Assembly (NCBI GenBank): GCA_964248365.1
Contig: CAXTYC010000008.1
Coordinates: 32,001 to 96,000 of the forward strand
Source of the DNA: an uncultured Chroococcidiopsis sp.
Lineage (GTDB): Bacteria > Cyanobacteriota > Cyanobacteriia > Cyanobacteriales > Chroococcidiopsidaceae
Length of the DNA: 64,000 bases
Direction of reading: 5' to 3'
Part shown: positions 63,564 to 64,000 of the stretch, piece after piece
Layout of the letters: each line of letters starts with the position of its first letter
How positions within the stretch are numbered: the stretch's first letter is position 1
Program-made: the position numbers and the translations under genes
The notes under the pieces: generated by a model
Database searches by the model: none
The model's input: only the letters and a program-made list of their open reading frames with translations
Told to the model about the DNA's origin: nothing

Positions 63564-64000
63564 TTAGCTTTCTTAAAGGCACAGTCGCCACTATTCAAAA
63601 AAGCAGCAATCGCGTCATTCTTACCCTAGAAGTTAATTCCTGCGGCTTAGAAATGCAAATTTCTGGTCGTCTAGCGGCTGGGTTATCAGCAGGTGAACAA
63701 GTGCAGGTTTTCACTCATTTGCAAATTCGGGAAGAAGTGCCACAATTGTATGGATTTGGAACGCTGGCTGAGCGAGATTTATTTCGCCAGTTAATCAGTG
63801 TGAGTGGAATTGGTGCAGCAGGTGCGATCGCTCTATTGGATACTCTGGAATTACCAGAACTTGTGCAGGCGATCGTCAGCGGTAATACTCAACTGCTAGT
63901 ACAAGCTCCTGGTGTGGGTGGTAAGACAGCCGAGCGCATCTGTCTGGAACTGAAAAATAAGTTGGTTTCTTGGAGCCACACCTTCGGATTAGCCGCAGCT
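63560..64000 (+). CDS. ruvA: Holliday junction branch migration protein; truncated by the window end
   Basis: Manual translation: MISFLKGTV...[16 protein letters not shown]...[12 protein letters not shown]...[17 protein letters not shown]. Confidence 0.93.
   Translation, partial: MISFLKGTVATIQKSSNRVILTLEVNSCGLEMQISGRLAAGLSAGEQVQVFTHLQIREEVPQLYGFGTLAERDLFRQLISVSGIGAAGAIALLDTLELPELVQAIVSGNTQLLVQAPGVGGKTAERICLELKNKLVSWSHTFGLAAA

Noticed and set aside
1..64000. High density of GCGATCGC
   Set aside because: This is the well-known cyanobacterial HIP1 octamer; useful for taxonomy but not novel.

Overview
Chromosomal window from a cyanobacterium: dense HIP1 octamers (GCGATCGC), heptamer tandem repeats and photosynthesis genes. 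The style suggests a terrestrial Chroococcidiopsidales/Nostocales-like strain, which is an inference. Housekeeping genes include a pacL-like P-type ATPase (partial), psaC, glmS, psaI, rubA-ycf48-psbEFLJ, ndhCKJ, sigA, a gyrA/parC-like gene, hemL, hisIE, spp and ruvA (partial). Accessory features are: (1) a nucleoside-type ABC transporter operon split by two insertions, the larger being a ~9.5 kb light/redox signalling island (hybrid PAS kinase with a Cys-rich AhpD-like N-terminus, knotless phytochrome kinase with an altered tongue motif, three single-domain receivers) divergent from hli-OCPx; (2) a divergent cheB/crp pair with a twin operator; (3) a double-glycine-leader small protein; (4) an islet after glmS with a complete IS903-type element that carries an internal hairpin insert and disrupts a decayed gene; (5) a group II intron between the likely promoter and ndhC, with a nonsense-split RT ORF; (6) decayed sulfotransferase and miaE genes; (7) tandem hli genes; (8) two adjacent genes sharing an unrecognised C-terminal domain. 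The best candidates for an undescribed system are the signalling/photoprotection island and the intron in the ndhCKJ leader. No rRNA, tRNA or CRISPR array was recognised. All calls come from reading motifs by eye; no database searches were run.
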